This document shows positions 34,084 to 36,190 of a DNA stretch of 36,190 bases, one piece after another (the first letter of the stretch is position 1; the number at the start of each line of letters is the position of its first letter). This stretch comes from Dirinaria sp. TL-2023a (Eukaryota): NCBI GenBank assembly GCA_051941275.1, contig JAVEBF010000064.1, positions 1-36,190 on the forward strand, given 5' to 3'. Below the pieces are notes generated by a model. That model saw only the letters and a list, made by a program, of their open reading frames with translations. It did no database searches and was not told the DNA's origin. The position numbers were made by a program, and so were the translations under genes.

Positions 34084-35809
34084 ATGAGCATGTCTGGCGC
34101 AGCCCGTGGAGACAACGGTGATGATGAAGGACCCCCGAGGAAGGCTGTTGGGGAGCAATCCAAAATACCTATACACTCCCCGTTGGTCCCAAGTACAAAG
34201 CAGACCAAGCATTGGGCAAAGAAATGGAGAACCGAAATCGCATCGAGCTCAAGCAGCGTGCTCTCGACATTGATTGCGGTGGGTCGAGAACTTGCTAAGG
34301 GTAACATCCGAGGACTCTATAGGCTGATGATCGTTGGCAGTATCCTCTGGACTCGGTCAAGACTCGCATGCAGGCGTATGTCTTGTTCTTCGTATTCTAT
34401 GAGCTTTTTTAAGCACTGTGTACTGACCGCTTCTCAGCTACAAGTTCCAGCACTTCACAAATTGCGTTCAGCATACATACAAGACTGAAGGTGTCAAAGG
34501 CTTTTGGCGAGGTGAGTAAACATCGCTTGCGATCACAACCCTACAAACCCTATAGATACGGGAAAACAACGAGCCTCCCATCCGAAATCCCAACCGAACT
34601 TCGGCATTCGAATATACTGTATAAGCTGGGCCACCTGCTGTATACTATATATGCCGCTTTCTTGACATCGTTGCTGGGAATTCAGTGAATTACTACATTC
34701 CATTACGTTACCAGATTAGCTCCTCAGCTACTGATGCCCGAATCTAATGTAGGTGCCATCGCGCCTGCGGGAAGCGTCACGTTTGTGCGAACGATCTCCT
34801 TTTCGATCTATCAAAAAGCCAAGTACAAGTACTCAGCAGCCATCGGACAAGCGACGGGTAGCGATGAGCCTCTGGTGGTAGTGAATCGTCCAGGGAGTGT
34901 TCCGACCCTTCAAACCGTCGCCTGCTTTGCAGCGGCGGGGGCCACAGCTGGCGGTATCATTACGGCAGTAGCGTGTATGTGCCCTCCATCCTCGACCAAG
35001 GAACGTCTCCCCTTCAAAGATGAGTGCTCACAATCAACACAGGTCCTTTTGAGTTGACAAAGCTGTCTGCTCAGATCTCCGTTCTCATGGCCAAGAGCGG
35101 CACTTCCAGCATGGATGATGCAATCCGCATGAGCTATCAGCAAAAGGGCACGTTCAAAACAGCCAAGAACATCGTCATGAACCGTGGCTTTGCTGGACTG
35201 TATTCGGGCTTCAGCCTGCATCTACGTCGGTTTTTCCTGACTCCTGCCTATCTAGTTTCACGACAATGCTAATACAGAGGTACCAGTGCGTGATACAATC
35301 GGGACGGCGATCTACTTCTCCACGTATGAGAGCACCAAGCAGCTTCTGGTCAAATTCCAGGGCAGCGACAGCCCGACGTCTCCTTTGTCTGTAGCCATGG
35401 CCGGCGGAGTTTGCGGTTTGGTTTCCTGGGCCTGCGTAAGTACCTACTTATAGCATTCCATATTGACAGTTTTTCACCTTTGCTAATCATGGTCTAGATA
35501 TACCCGATCGATTCAGCGAAGACCCATTACCAGCGGAACTGTCTGACGAAAGCGAAAGGCGAACCGGTCGCGATGCCGAGGATCCAGTTCTTCAATGGCA
35601 AGATGTACAGAGGTATCTGACCTGATCCCTCCGCCGCCCGAATTTTCGGATATCCATACACATCGAAGAAGTACTAACCTTTCTCGGCAGGGCTGGGAGT
35701 CTCCATGGCGCGATCCTGCGTGATCAACACGATTTTCTTTTCGAGCTTCGAGTTTATCAAGAAACGCATCAATCAGCTCCCGGACCCAGTCCTCGACGAT
35801 GTTGATTAG
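34084..35809 (+). CDS. Mitochondrial carrier (SLC25), probably amino-acid/carnitine-type, ~363 aa
   Basis: Eight exons: 34084-34278, 34341-34375, 34438-34511, 34753-34974, 35043-35225, 35287-35435, 35498-35612, 35691-35809 (1092 nt, in frame). Three Px[DE]xxK signatures (PLDSVKTR, PFELTKLS, PIDSAKTH), EGVKGFWRG, GFAGLYSG and the R-D pair in LLRDTIG. Confidence 0.92.
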
Positions 35810-36190
35810 GTTTCTGGTGATACCGACTTTTCCTCTCCTCTCATGATGGCCTCAACAAGGGCGGGTTTCGGTGGTTTCAAGCACGCGATCAATACTGTAG
35901 TCTTTAATCTTAGCATGGCAGCGGTCAGCAACGGCATGGCGATCATCACATGAAGCGTTGAAACATGGGGAAATGTCGATAATTTGCAATCCTAACTTGA
36001 TCCCACATTTCCTGAAATCCCGTTCCGTCGTAGAAGCACTCACCAGACCCGTCTTCATTCGTCACGTAGAGCAGCCGCCCATCATCTATCTGAACGAAGC
36101 CCAATCTCCTCCCAGCTTCCGCACCACAAACCCCCCGTTCCCCATTCAAGCAACACAAACACACCCAGCCATCCATCCAGCCCCCTTCAC

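Noticed and set aside
34512..34752. TPP riboswitch in the long carrier intron
   Set aside because: The conserved CTGAGA and ACCTGAT-type aptamer cores are absent.
1..36190. Secondary-metabolite cluster, transposon or CRISPR/defence system
   Set aside because: No PKS/NRPS, transposase, reverse transcriptase, terminal repeats or spaced repeat arrays were seen. The prenyltransferase is the housekeeping COQ2 type.

Overview
Gene-dense nuclear DNA from a filamentous ascomycete (Pezizomycotina), judged from short GT-AG introns (mostly 44-68 nt) with CTRAY-type branch points and fungal orthologues. No prokaryotic, CRISPR, rRNA, tRNA or transposon features were recognised. I rebuilt 14 protein-coding genes by hand, checking splice phases: RAV1, SFI1, COQ2, an intronless secreted pepsin, YPI1, a GC-rich orphan with an F-box-like/DUF7730-type start, nuc-2/PHO81 (10 exons, start codon split by an intron), a Ser/Thr-rich single-pass membrane protein, mitochondrial uL3m, a Coa1/Mrx15-family protein, a small multi-TM protein, a LYR/DUF1763-like protein, a DUF2293-like protein with SIM-like motifs, and an SLC25 carrier. 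The window opens on a (CA)48 microsatellite. The most unusual signal is non-coding. TAAGGTA/TACCTTA occurs at least 16 times in about 12 kb of intergenic DNA, where about 1.5 are expected. An exact AGGTAAGGTAA 11-mer occurs three times, each near a same-strand GACCGAGG, and one copy lies in a convergent spacer where no promoter is expected. All family assignments come from motif recognition, not database searches.
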